A stretch of DNA of 64,000 nt, taken from positions 9,796,001 through 9,860,000 of the forward strand of contig NC_088857.1 in NCBI RefSeq assembly GCF_963853765.1. The letters are read 5' to 3'. Source of the stretch: Magallana gigas. Lineage: Eukaryota. Positions 25,638 to 39,600 of the stretch are shown piece after piece (the stretch's first letter is position 1; each line of letters begins with the position of its first letter). The notes under the pieces are model-generated. The model ran no database searches and was not told the origin of the DNA. It saw only the letters and a list, made by a program, of their open reading frames with translations. Position numbers and translations under genes: made by a program.

Positions 25638-25882
25638 TCAGATTGTTGTAAATGGCTTGGATTAACGATGAACAAAATTGATTATTACATATTTATAGAT
25701 ATACTCAAAACATTCGAATACTGTTACGTACATATATATACTTATCTGCAGATATCTTTAGGCGTTCGTTTTAGCGCTTTAAACTGCATCCAACGGATGT
25801 ATGAATATGTATCTTATAGATGTAACAAACTGATATATGCATGAATTTTATTATATGAATTAGCACGCCATGTATATATAAC

Positions 25883-26195
25883 AATAAAATGTTTTTTTGT
25901 GATTCACGCGGGATATGAAGGTGGCGGTAATGGAGAAAAAAAACCGCTGGTTATGTATAAAAAATTTCTGCAAAAATTGCTACCTTCATAACCCACATGA
26001 ATCATCAAAGAAAGCATTCTATCGTTTATATTTACGTTTTTCTCTTAGCAAATTAATAAATTGATCGTGAAAAAGTAAAACAAAATTGACTCAATTATTG
26101 TTAATGAACATCAGTATGATAGATTGAAGAAACAGCCAAATTGTCTCCTATTGGGAATTTGAGTCTGACATCACCTTGATTATTCGAGCAGTCGG
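25883..26195 (+). mobile_element. Palindrome-headed dispersed repeat, copy A (diverged, truncated)
   Basis: acaataaaatg..gattca.gcgggatatgaaggt.gcg ... gctaccttcataaccc..atgaatca..aaagaaagcatt, followed by aaacagccaaat.gtctc...gagtctgacatca, shared with copies B and C. Confidence 0.75.
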
Positions 26196-26239
26196 TAAAT
26201 GTTACATTAGAGTTTTAAAATTCAGAGAATTTAAATATG

Positions 26240-26445
26240 AAAGGGGTTCATTGGTGTCCTCTCTGTAACCATTTGTTGAGAAAAAGTTTGAATTTTGCTT
26301 ATTTAAGTGGTAACTTTGCCTCAAAATAGGGTACCCTATTTTTATCAGTCGGCATGGAATACAAATGAAGTTACAAGTTAAATGAGCAAAAATTCATACT
26401 TTTTCTCAACAAATGGTTGTAGAGAGGACACCAACGAATCCCTTT
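26240..26445. mobile_element. Foldback/MITE-like element with ~68-bp inverted arms and a central palindrome (AAAATAGGGTACCCTATTTT)
   Basis: ggttcattggtgtcctctctgtaaccatttgttgagaaaaagtttgaattttgcttatttaa matches the reverse complement of ttaaatgagcaaaaattcatactttttctcaacaaatggttgtagagaggacaccaacgaatcc. Confidence 0.8.
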
Positions 26446-27541
26446 TATATTTTTTTCAGATTTTTAAATCTGTAGCTGCGCAGTTCGACAGCTGTTCTGA
26501 GTGATTAAAAAGGCATTGTCCTGCTCTTGTATGCATACTTTTCAAACAAAATGACATGTAGGACTTCATATTTTTTTGACAACATTTTTGGTGAGTTCTG
26601 GGCAAAAACAAGCCAGTTCAAGAAATGTTTACATTCTTATCCTCAAATGTACAAGATGGCCGCACATCCCCCTTAAGTCGATGAAGCATCGATAAACGGG
26701 GAGTGTAGATTTTCAATTAAAAACCACTGCTACTGTTCCGTCGCATTATTCTACACGTTACATACATGTATTTGGAGATTGTCACAAAAGGACTCTGAGG
26801 ACCATGTCCACTTTATATCGTCTCAACACCCCATCCCCCTCCTCGGATAATTTAGCCGAGTTTTTAACATAATATATGTAGATAAACAGGAGATCCACCC
26901 CCTGAAAAAAGGCACATAGTCATGTTACAGAAAATAATGCTTTTGATCCCCAACTACAGTAAAAAAAATTATGTTTTAGATTTCTTCCCCTTGCGGCCCC
27001 ATACTTGCAGTTGGGAAGATGTGCAATTGGCACGACCCTAGCATTTTCCTTTAGCAGATTTAAAAAAAAAATACTTTCCTTGCGGCGAAATACATCAATG
27101 ACCATATCATTCCAAAATCATTATCATTCCAAATTTCCCGAAAAATATTTTATCATTGAAATTATTGGAAATAAATGATAAATTTTAAAAATCATGCCCC
27201 ATTTCCCGGGCAGAAGTTTTGAGTATAGATTCATGTTCTCAATTTTAACGGTTTAATAATTGCTCAATGTAAATTATCATGGAATTGAGACTGAATTTTT
27301 TTTCATGTTCTCAATTTTTACGGTTTCATAATCGTTCAGCATAAACTATCATATATGTTAGAAATGAACACTGTGGACAAGACACATGTATAATACATTA
27401 AAAATGTTAATAAACAGATGCTGTATATATATAGTTTATCTACCTTTGGCCATTCTAATCGCGGATTTCCATGTCTCAAAGAACACGATTGAATTTTAAA
27501 AAATACCCAACACTTACATTCATCTTACAAAGAGAAGGCTG

Positions 27542-27549
27542 TATATAAA
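27542..27549 (+). promoter_or_regulatory. TATA box of the giant Kazal-mucin gene (putative)
   Basis: TATATAAA at the start of a GC-richer island, about 140 bp before ATG 27682 and the donor GAG|gtacac. Confidence 0.5.
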
Positions 27550-27681
27550 CTCGTAGTCACTGGAGCGTGACGCCTAGTCCCATATATCGAGGAGTCCAAT
27601 CGAACAGCCGAGAGTCTCGTGCGTGTTCACTTCACCGTGACAGAAAGCGGAGATTCGCCCACAGTATTCCCAGGATATGAC

Positions 27682-30600
27682 ATGTCTCAACAGGCAGAGG
27701 TACACTAAATACTAAATATTCTTAAATATTTCTCTATTTAGTTCTTAGATATCTTATTACTGACATTATATTCATAAAATTCGATTTTAATTGCCCTAAA
27801 CTCAAAGGAAACGTATTTTTTTTGAAATGATATAAAATGTTTCACAGTCTTGTTTATGATTTGCTAGTGGATATCTCTTAACATGTCAAATAAACCTCAA
27901 TATTTAAGAGGGTTTTTTCCGATTAGAAGGTTGATTGGTCCTATACTTATACTTATAATAGATAAAACAATTTGCAACATAATGGTAATAACATTCATCT
28001 GTTCATAGGATAATAATGCACTGATTAGCATGCAATCTATGACAAAGTTCTTTATATAAAACGCATGCAAAATTCGCGTATATGGAACTCCGTAAAAATA
28101 ACTGTGTATAATAGTAGTCCCTTTCTTTGCTTCAAAAACTCTGATCAACAAAGAAGTTCATAATTTAGAAATCAGGAAAATGACTATTTTAGGAAAGTAT
28201 TTGCGACTAGTTGAAGGCATCGTCTCAAGCCAATGGTTTTGTGTCCATTCTATTTCTACAAATAGGTATAGCGCCGTTTCCCATTACAATGTAGTTTGCC
28301 CACACCCATGTTTGAGCGGAACCTACATATAACTAAAAATAGATACAGGTACCTGTAGCAAAAATGATTCTCGAAACCAAGGTACTGATTTTATGATGTC
28401 TGCAACAACTGATTTGCCATAACTTCGGGAAATCTGCATCGAGAAATGAAAATATACATGTAGAACTCTGTATATAACCACAGGGACCAATAACATTAAC
28501 ATTAATTTCAATGTAACCATTTAAACAATAAAATGCTTTCTTTAGTGATTCATTCGGGATATGAAGGTAGCGACATTGCAGAAATAATACATAACCCGAG
28601 TTAGCAGGTTATGTAATTTTTTTCTGCAATGATCGCTACCTTCATAACCCGAATGAATCACTAAAGCATTTTATTGCTTATATTAACATCTTTCTTTTAA
28701 ATAATTAATAAATTGAGCGTACAAAGTAAGTAAAATTTACTTAATTACTGTTTACGTGCATAAGCACGTTAGCTAAAAGAAACAGCCAAATCGTCTCTTG
28801 TGAAACTTTGAGTCTGACATCATCATGGTTATTTCGTGCAGTCCGTGATTTTTCTTAGGTAGTTGTAGGTTTGGACCAATCGATAAACTGGGTGTGTCAA
28901 TTTCTGTCCTGTCACTTTCTTGTCAGTTTCAGTCGCTGTAGATTTCGACCAATCGATAAACGGGGCGTGTAGATTTCAGTCTGGCTGTTTCTATAGAGCT
29001 ATGAATTAACTATAAGTTTCCATAAGAAATAGAGGGAATGATACTTGGTAGATGTAAATATAAATTTATGGTTATGTTAAAACGGGCTTGGCCCCTGCGT
29101 ATATAACTGTTGATATTCTGAACCGTGATAACTTCCAGCAAAATTCAATGAATGTAAATAGAGAATGCATAGTGCTAGTGAAAAGTCTGTTTATATTGGG
29201 TGTGCTTTTACTCAGAATTAAACAGGATTTTTTTTAAAAAGAAATCCACCAGATTAGACACATGTAATTTAAAGCAATATGAGCTGTATTTATTTTTAAC
29301 TTTATTTTGCTGCAAATACCTGCTAGTATGCTAAGACTGTGTGTAACTTAAAATTTTATTATATTAAGTAAGATTATAAAAATTCATTATTTTTTGTCAG
29401 AAGAAAGAATTCTCTTCTAAGGAATATATATAGCAGTTCAACTTTTGTACAGGACGACAATTTTTCAATTTTGCTTCAATTTAGGTTTCTCAACGCCCCC
29501 CCCCCCCCCCAATATGGCTAACAGAAATAAAAAAAAACCATGGTATTTTTTTATTTTAGTAGAAAATAACATTTTCGTAAAAAAAATATCAGCACGAAAA
29601 TTGCAACTCTTATTGCTTTAAACTCTACTTTTATCACGCTTTAAAAAAAGAATCGTTGAAAAGAAACAAAATATTTACTACTTGGTGGAATCAATCCAGC
29701 GACAACAAAATGAAGAAGACCTACGTGTTACCACTAGGCCACGCATATATATAACATTTTCATAGGATTTGAAAAGTCATTCATTGAGATATTTGTTTTA
29801 TTTTCAGTATGACGACCACGTTAAACTAAAATTAATTTAATATAAACAATGATCACAATAGCTGGCGAACATACATGTAATTTTAGTCGGATTTATTTGG
29901 TATAAAGTGGTTCAAATAGTGAAATATCTAACTTTTTATTACATACTGCTAACTATATGTATTTTCCTACATATCCCTTGCAAAACCAGAAGATTTTAAT
30001 GAAGTCGTGTAAGACAATTAAGACTCTTTTTACGTGGTAATTGTGTAAATTGTGTTCTTCTGAATATACTTTAACTAAATGTTGTATAATATTGAAAATG
30101 CCTGATGCTTGCAAAAGCGGTATATTTTAAACGAAGTCGTATACTAAGTGCACAGTGCCTCTTTTGTGGAAATAGAATGGACACAAAACCCACGGCTTGC
30201 GACGATGAGTTGAGGAATGTTTTGAGTTTCATAGGCGTCCGAACCGAGGAGGGGATGGGGGTGGGTTAGATTAGATTAATCTGGCTCTGTTCAACTATAT
30301 CTATTCCGTGAGGTAAGATGTTTATTCAACTGAAATCAAATGGAAATTGTTTTATGACGAGTTACAGTGGAAGTGGTATCCCCAGAACTTTTGAATTTTT
30401 TTGAGTTACCTTTCTTTGGAAGGCGCAGCAAGCTAAATTCTTTGATTTACTCACGTAGATCGCTGTACAAATGTGTCACCCCCTGCGAATGTTATTGTCA
30501 TTTAAATTTAGACCACGTGGTTTTATTTGACCCTTTCAGTGGCTCGTGTTTATAGTTTTAATCATAAAATCTTAGGTACTTGAAGTTAATATAAAATCTA

Positions 30601-33600
30601 GACGTTTATTGGTTTTTAACATTATCTTCATTTAATGGTGGATAAAATTAGTTCTAGAAATAAATATGATAATTGAAATTTAATTTTTTTTTGTGCCATT
30701 GCAACAATTAACATCGTTCCCCCTTTTAGGATTAATTTTTGATCCACGCATGACCTAGTAATAGCATCAATATTGAATCAGACTATAATATTTTATGCAG
30801 AATATTCTTGAAAATACCTCGATATACTAAGTTTTTATACAAAACAGACACCCATTCTTTTTTTTAAAAGCATGGTATTGCACGCCAAAAGCCTCAAACA
30901 TGGCTATGATTTTATCAAGTAACCCAATGTTTATACTTTGAACCACGTGTAGAGAGGTTGAACACGAACGATAACTGTTCTGAATATCATCGTTAAGTTT
31001 AAATAACCTCTAAACGATGAAATAAGATATATACCTTAATAGATTTTCTTGTCTTAACATAAATCAACGTATGATATGATATGAAAAATGACCAGTACTA
31101 ATTACCGTCTTCCTTGGAAGACGGTATAAAGAGTTGAAATAATTTACAGTCTCCGGGTTGTGCACTTCCTTTCCTTTGTGATTGGTTGAAAATACATGAT
31201 GTGAAAATTTACATTTATTTCATTGGTTGAAATACTGTTCGGCGCAAGGGGGATAATTTTCTGATGATCTTTTTCACGTACGACTTAACAAATTTCGTAG
31301 ATTTCAAATCGTAAAAAGTGAGAAAACGAAAAAGCAATACAAATTGCTATTAGCATTTGGTTTTCAGGTCCAAATAGTTGAAAGTAACATTCTATAATAT
31401 CCATTGAAATTATTTGTTTTTCTTTTAGAATTGTTTATTTAAATATTTATACAAAAATGTAAAAAAAAAAAAAATGCGGTATGCCTGATATCGGTCAAGT
31501 TATTTGCACCTTAGATAGATAAATGCAGTGGTATAACTTTGATTTTATCAAAATAATACGAGTCTACGACCCTACATAAGATCTCTTTCACCCTGTAGTT
31601 GATTTCAACTTACAAGCTCAGGTACGCAGTTCTCAATTTTAGACACGCAGGCTTAAACGACACATGACACAAAAATGTTTGGATAAATCCACTCGCCATG
31701 CTATGTAGAGGAAGGTGACATTTATAAAAAAAAAGTTAAACTGTCCTTGATAACTAAGTGCTATTTAGGGTATGTTCTAAAGACGGTAAGCTTTTTAAAA
31801 AAAGCTAAACTTGTGTATTTTGAGAATATTATCCGCACATTTATTACAATAATAATACTTCCGTTCGAACTTTCACAGGAACTGAACAAATCTCCGTGAA
31901 GCCTCGTGAACTTTCATTCGAGCACCTCTGGATTTTTAAATACTTAGTAACGATAAAGAAAACATTCCGAACACATTTGCAGGTGTGTGTAGCGATCTAT
32001 ATGAGCGGATCTTATCAGAACGAAAGGCACAATTCATGTACGCATCAAGAGAAGGGGCGGGGGTCTGACTGGTAAATTCAGTATTTGGTAACTTATTAAC
32101 TTAGCAAAATAAGGCTTTGTTTCCGATCTTCTCCTTTTGGGAAACAGAATAATCCCTTCCCTGGACACCCTCCCCCGGGATGAAATTCTAGATCCGCGCA
32201 TGACGATACGGTTTTACTGTTATTGCTAGAAAAAAATCTTTACTAAAATAGCTTTTAGCTGAAGAAATCAAAAAATCTAAGGTCGATCTCATGTGCATTT
32301 TGTTGAGCATCTGTGATTCTCTTTAAATTAAATTTGAAATAGAAGCTAAGTTTTTTTTTTGTTTTTCAATGAACCGTTAAATTATTCCATAGATCTTGTC
32401 AGCCGTCCCGCTTTCTACAGGTGCCACAAAGTGGTGGTTCAAATGATTTTTTAACAGGATTAGATCTGACAGCAACTGAATAGTGCCAACACTAGTAGTA
32501 TATCATTATGATATAAGGAAAAAATTCGTTCTGGTTTTGACTGTGATCCTTTGTTCTTTATAACATCTTTGATGACAAATTGGACTGGTTTCAGTACAAC
32601 TTAGACTATTCGCAAATTGAATAGAGCAAAAACAAGTAAAGTAGTAAAACTTTGTGGTGACATTGAAACGAAAGAGGGTCAAAAATAGAGATTTGCAGAT
32701 ATTTAATTAACAATATCTTTCATTTACTTACTTGGCTTTGATAGCCTCACGAGAGTGAACATTTACTCATTTCTGACTGAAATTCATCGTACAGTGTAAC
32801 TTTGAAAATTTAAAGGGTGGGCGGTTGGTGACGCTCTCTTTAACCCACCACTGCAAGTTATAAAACAAGTGTTTATACTCTGTTCCAAGATATCCTGGGA
32901 CAGACTATAAAAAAATGTTTACAAATATTAATCATTGGTCTTGGACTTCTAATTCCTCTAGATTTTGACCGAAGAACTTTTTATGACCAGACGTCTAGGT
33001 CATGTTTCATTCTATCATCGATATCTTTCCAGTTTGTGTTACAATTTAAGGATGCTTGTCATTTAAACAATAAAATCCTTTCTTTGAAGAATCATGCGGA
33101 ATACGAAGGTGGCGACATTGCCGAAAAAATCCATAACCCGCAACGATCGCTACCCTTATAACCTGCAACGATCGCTACCCTTATAACCCGAATCGTCAAA
33201 GAAAGCATTTTATTGTTTATATTTTCATCTTTTTTTAACTAGGTAATAAATTGATTGTAAAAAGTAAGTTTAATTCACTAAATTACTGTAAATGTGCATC
33301 AGTATGTTAGCTAAAAGAAACAACTGAATCGTCTCCTGTGGGTCTGACATCATCATGATTATTTTGTGCAGTCCGTGATTTTTCTTACATGGTTGCTGTG
33401 GGTTTCGACCAATCGATAAAAGGGGCGTGTAGATTTTAGCCCTGTCAGTTTCTATAGAGCTATGAATTAACAATAAGTTTCCGTAGGAAACTGAGGGAAT
33501 CATTCTCTCAATATATGTTATAATGATAAAAATTAAATTCTTCATGATGGTTTGATCGGGTTTGTGAGAAATTTGTTGCGTTTTAGCATGGATGTTCCGG

Positions 33601-36600
33601 TTGTTTTTGTCATTTCAGAGATGTGGAAGGGCGTGTGCCCTACTGATATTGGCCTGGGTGCTTTACAGTGTTATGGTTTCATCAGGTAAGGCCAATTATA
33701 CAGTAGCCCTTTTCACAAAAAACTTACGATTAATTTTTATTGTAAGTGAAAACTTACGTTTTTGTTCATGAGCATGCGCGTCAGAAATGAAAGTACGTTG
33801 TTAGGGAAGCTTTTTTTCGTTAATGCAATCCTAAGTGCGCGATTATTAAGAATTAACGTACGAGAATTTTTTCACTTACGAGTGCTTTTGTGAAACTGAC
33901 TTAATATTTCTCTTTCGAGATTCTTAACCCTAAATCTTACACAAATTCTTAAGATTTTTTTTGTGAAAAGGGCTATTGCCTCTTAGCGCTGGGCAACTGC
34001 TACGATCTAGAATGCAGCGCTTTATTCAGTTATTGCGATGCCCCACTCATATTTATACCTCTAGTTGGGGGGGGGGGGGGGGGACAGGACACACACAAAA
34101 ATCCCATTCTGCAACAAAATATCAAAAATATCAACACTTTAAGTTTTACGATTTTATCATAGAATTTTCAAATCGATTACAATGTCGTTACTCCAGGAAA
34201 GGTTTTTCTTCTTCTTTATAGCTATAGGGTAATGAAAAAAAGAAATTACGATATGCTGATAGTTACGTTTGTTGAAATAAAGAATTAAGAGGATAATGCA
34301 AGTATTAAAGTATAGTTAAAGTATTGGCATTTTCTCCCAGACGCCAGACGAGGAAACAAAAACTTTCGAAATCAGGCACGTAACATCGTTTTTTAAAAGT
34401 AAGGGGCCAGACATAAAAAACTATCGTTTATTTAAAAGTAGAAGATGAAAAAAGGGATTGTCGCAAATCATGAAGACCTTAGTGTGGGGGGTGGGGGGTG
34501 GGGGATGCGTATTCCCATAACTTTAAATCCACTGTTAATTCCCTTATTATCGCTTCATTTTTTATATGCTTACACAAAAGTGGTGTGACTCCATGACAAT
34601 TCATATTTCTATATATCTAAATTTAAGAAAAATGTTTGCAGCCAGAAAAGGTTGGGAAGGGGTGAGGGTTCAACTTCTGATGCTGCGTGCTTAGAAATAA
34701 TTGTGTACATTCATTGGTTTTATCAGATTTCTTCTATCATCACTCTGTGAGAAGTTCTAGTGAATCATTAACAATAACACGTACACGATTTATTGTTGAA
34801 TCATGAGAGAAAACATTCTTTTTTTTGCTTTTCAGTATTCCCATTAATATTAAAGTCAAATAAATAAATCGAAAATCAAAATTTATTCCTAAAACTATTT
34901 TCAATGAAATAGTGTGCATCTATCCTGTTTGTAGGTACAATAATCAACATTTATCCAGTATTCGGAAACGTTTTCAAGTGTAGCAATTGCTCATTATTGA
35001 CAAATGTGACAGTATGTGCATCGAACAACAAAACATATAAAAGTGAATGCCACTTGGCCGAATCGAATTGCGTCAACAATGAGAACTGGAAAATTCTTCA
35101 TTATGGAAAATGTAGAGAAAACAGAACAGAAGAAAAAGGTAATGTATAGGCATTTTTGTTTTTACCCTTTATAGTGTAAGAATATATGGAATGGACATAG
35201 TTAAAATCAAGAGTTTTGAGTTATATGTATTAGGCCTAAAACAAAAAAGTTTTACAAATGAATCTCGCGAAAGCAAACCAGTACTTACGATTTTACCTTC
35301 TTGTAATTTTACATTTAAACATCTGTATCGCGAAAGCATTTATCGCAAAATAAAAGAATCTACATTTTCGATATAAATTACTGTGGAATCATTTAAATTC
35401 GAGGGGGCCAATTTTCGTGGATTATGACTTTTTTGCTCATTCGTGGGGATGTAATTTCGTGGATGCGTCTGTTACTGTTTCACAACAAAGATAACTCTTT
35501 CTAAAATTGTTTTCGTTGAGGATTTAAATTCGTTGGGGAGGGCTACTCACGAATACCACGAAAATTAAGCCACCACGAATTCTAATGATTCCACAGTATC
35601 TAAAATAAGTATCTTATGACATCATGCCCCAACTTATAGAATGCTCGCATGGTTTATTTTGTAGCGGAGTCAGACTGGCCTTGGATGGTGCTTCGAATGG
35701 CTCATTCTGAAAACTCGAATGACAGAGGAAAGGGTAAAAGGAGAATAAAGCGACAGGTATTTATAAATAACGTATGTGTCTGTCATATAAAAGAAAAACA
35801 AGAGGTAGGAAAGTGTCCCAAACGGTTAAGCTATGCACTACTCTAAGATATTTATTGCCTTTTATTAAGAGGATCAATTGCTACCCCTTTTCGTATCAGT
35901 ATTTTGTGTATCCACCTCTGGCTCATATAAGTGCTCGTATTCAGTTGGGCATACTTCGAATTAGCTACTGACCTGACATCTTCTGACCGGGATTCGACTT
36001 ATTTAACAAAGCTTGCTTCATATCATTAAGATTATGGCATCGTACATTTTTACTGCAACCCCATTCTATTCTATGGAATTATGATCTGAACTTTGTGGAG
36101 GCCATTCAGTACTACAACGCAAATTTTGGTCAGATTTCCATTGTTCCACTGCACTCGCTCTGAGGCATGGGGCGCCATCATCTTATGAGAAACATTGGAC
36201 GTTTTTACTACCCATAAAGATTGCTCATGATCTGAGGGTGTGTCATGGAATTTACCCAGGTTCAGTTGTGCGGGTTCAAGGTCACTGTTCTAAAACAATG
36301 CATATTTTCTGTCTAGGCCACATGGAAAATGATAAGAATCTAAAGATTGCTTGTGACCTGTAAATAGGTCCTAATCATAAGCTTTGGTCATTTTTCAAGT
36401 TCAAGGTCACTATAAGAAAACTGGTGTATCCATTACTAATTCTTAAGTTATTCTATTTTCTTGGTGGGGTATCATTTGTGAGATGGCTCACAATATCTCC
36501 AGTTGCTAATTAAACCATTAGAGCTAAACTCGAACTTAAAAAACATATATAGTAAATTACTGCTATAACGAATTCCTATTCATCTCCAGGAAAAGTTCTT

Positions 36601-39600
36601 TCATAAATCTATAGAAAATTTTGTACAATTTTGATAAGTTATATTTTCAAAAATTTATCTTAGGAAATGTGACGAAATCCCGACACCTTAACCACTGATC
36701 TATGACAACATTAAACCAAATCGATTGATAGAAACAATTTAACAAACCATTCTTTTGTGGGGGTTCTGGATTAGGAGTGTTTGGAAGAGGTTTAAAGCGA
36801 TATGAGCTGTATTATTTAGAATTTTAGTTTGCTGCAGAAACCTGCTGCTGCTGGTATTATAAGTTTGCATATAGCTTAAATTGTTATGATAAATAAGACT
36901 TGAAAAAACATTATTGTTTGTCAGAAGAAAGATTTCTCTTCTATGGAATATATAACAGATCAATTTTTGTACAGGACGACAATAATTCAATTTTGCTCCA
37001 ATTAAGGCTTCTCAACGGCTTTTCCCACAAAAATATGGCAAACAGAAATTTAAGAACCATGATATTTTTTGTCATTTTAGTAGAAAAAAACATTTTTGTA
37101 AAAAAAAAAAAATTAACATGAAAAATGCAGCTCATGTTGCTTTAAAGAATCTGAACAGTGTTCTTATTATAGATGCAGGGATGTAGAAGGTATTTCATCC
37201 AGGTTAGGGTTAGGAAACATACGAGTGTGAATTATATAAGTTTACTCTTAAGTGAATTCACAAAGACAAAATCATAAACGGTAAATACGCAAACTCATTT
37301 TTCAAATTTTCAAATTTCAAAAGACCATATAAAAAATCGTTGTAGCCGTTATTCATTACACACCTGTAACAAAATATAATATTATACCTTTGATATCTAC
37401 AAAATAAAAGCTAACGCTTGAAATTCGTGATATTTGTTTTATAATGTTTATTTACTCTCTTAACCTACTAGTCAGACCTATCAACGCTATCTCAAACAAC
37501 TACAACTGAGGCCGCCACTACCTCTGCTTCTACAAGCACCACCACGCCTTCAACGACAACCACCACTATGGTTCCATCTACAACAACTGAAAGTAGCACA
37601 ACATCAACAAGTACACAACCCCCAACGAGTACAAGCACCACAACTGAGGCCACCACTACCTCAACAACGGAAACGACTACAACTACAACAAGTACTCCAG
37701 AGACGACTTCGACAAGTACGTCTACAACCACAGCTTTGCCAACGAGCACAAGCACAATTGAAGCCCCAACTACTTCATCAACAACACCGAGCAGCACTGC
37801 AAGTACAAGTACGGAGAGTAGCAGCACTTCTACTAGTACTCCATCCAGTACAACAACTGAGGCTCCTTCTACCACAACCGAACAAATGACTACTACCACA
37901 ACCCCTGAAAGTACAATAGCTTCTACAAGCACCAACACGCCTTCAACGACAACCACCACTCAGGTTCCATCTACAACAACTGAAAGTAGCACAACATCAA
38001 CAAGTACACAACCCCCAACGAGTACAAGCACCACAACTGAGGCCACCACTACCTCACCAACGGAAACGACTACAACTACAACAAGTACTCCAGAGACGAC
38101 TTCGACAAGTACGTCTACAACCACAGCTTTGCCAACGAGCACAAGCACAACTGTAGCCCCAACTACTTCATCAACAACACTGAGCAGCACTGCAAGTACA
38201 AGTACGGAGAGTAGCAGCACTTCTACTAGTACTCCATCCAGTACAACAACTGAGGCTCCTTCTACCACAACCGAACAAATGACTACTACCACAACCCCAG
38301 AAAGTACAACAGCTTCTACAAGCACCACCACGCCTTCAACGACAACCACCACTCAGGTTCCATCTACAACAACTGAAAGTAGCACAACATCAACAAGTAC
38401 ACAACCCCCAACGAGTACAAGCACCACAACTGAGGCCACCACTACCTCAACAACGGAAACGACGTCAACTACAACAAGTACTCCAGAGACAACTTCGACA
38501 AGTATGTCTACAACCACAGCTTTGCCAACGAGCACAAGCACAACTGAAGCCCCAACTACTTCATCAACAACACTGAGCAGCACTGCAAGTACAAGTACGG
38601 AGAGTAGCAGCACTTCTACTAGTACTCCATCCAGTACAACAACTGAGGCTCCTTCTACTTTAGCAGAACAAATGAGTACTACCACAACCCCAGAAAGTAC
38701 AACAGCTTCTTCAAGCACCACCACGCCTTCAACGACAACCACCACTCAGGTTCCATCTACAACAACTGAAAGTAGCACAACATCAACAAGTACACAACCC
38801 CCAACGAGTACAAGCACCACAACTGAGGCCACCACTACCTCACCAACGGAAACGACTACAACTACAACAAGTACTCCAGAGACGACTTCGACAAGTACGT
38901 CTACAACCACAGCTTTGCCAACGAGCACAAGCACAACTGAAGCCCCAACTACTTCATCAACAACTCTGAGCAGCACTGCAAGTACAAGTACGGAGAGTAG
39001 CAGCACTTCCACTAGTACTCCATCCAGTACAACAACTAAGGCTCCTTCTACCACAGCCGAACAAATGACTACTACCACAACCCCAGAAAGTACAACAGCT
39101 TCTACAAACACCACCACGCCTTCAACGACAACCACCACTCAGGTTCCATCTACAACAACTGAAAGTAGCACAACATCAACAAGTTCACAACCCCCAACGA
39201 GTACAAGCACCACAACTGAGGCCACCACTACCTCAACAAGGGAAACGACTACAACTACAACAACTACTCCAGAGACGACCTCGACAAGTACGTCTACAAC
39301 CACAGCTTTGCCAACGAGCACAAGCACAACTGTAGCCCCAACTACTTCATCAACAACACTGAGCAGCACTGCAAGTACAAGTACGGAGAGTAGCAGCACT
39401 TCTACTAGTACTCCATCCAGTACGACAACTGAGACTCCTTCTACCACAACCGAACAAATGACTACTACCACAACCCCAGAAAGTACAACAGCTTCTACAA
39501 GTGCCACCACGCCTTCAACGACAACCACCACTCAGGTTCCATCTACAACAACTGAAAGTAGCACAACATCAACAAGTACACAACCCCCAACGAGTACAAG

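Noticed and set aside
29681-29744. tRNA-like sequence on the minus strand (TGGCCTAGTGGT ... GATTGATTCC)
   Set aside because: Degenerate B box and no cloverleaf or acceptor stem; a repeat-derived relic next to a Kolobok-like element.
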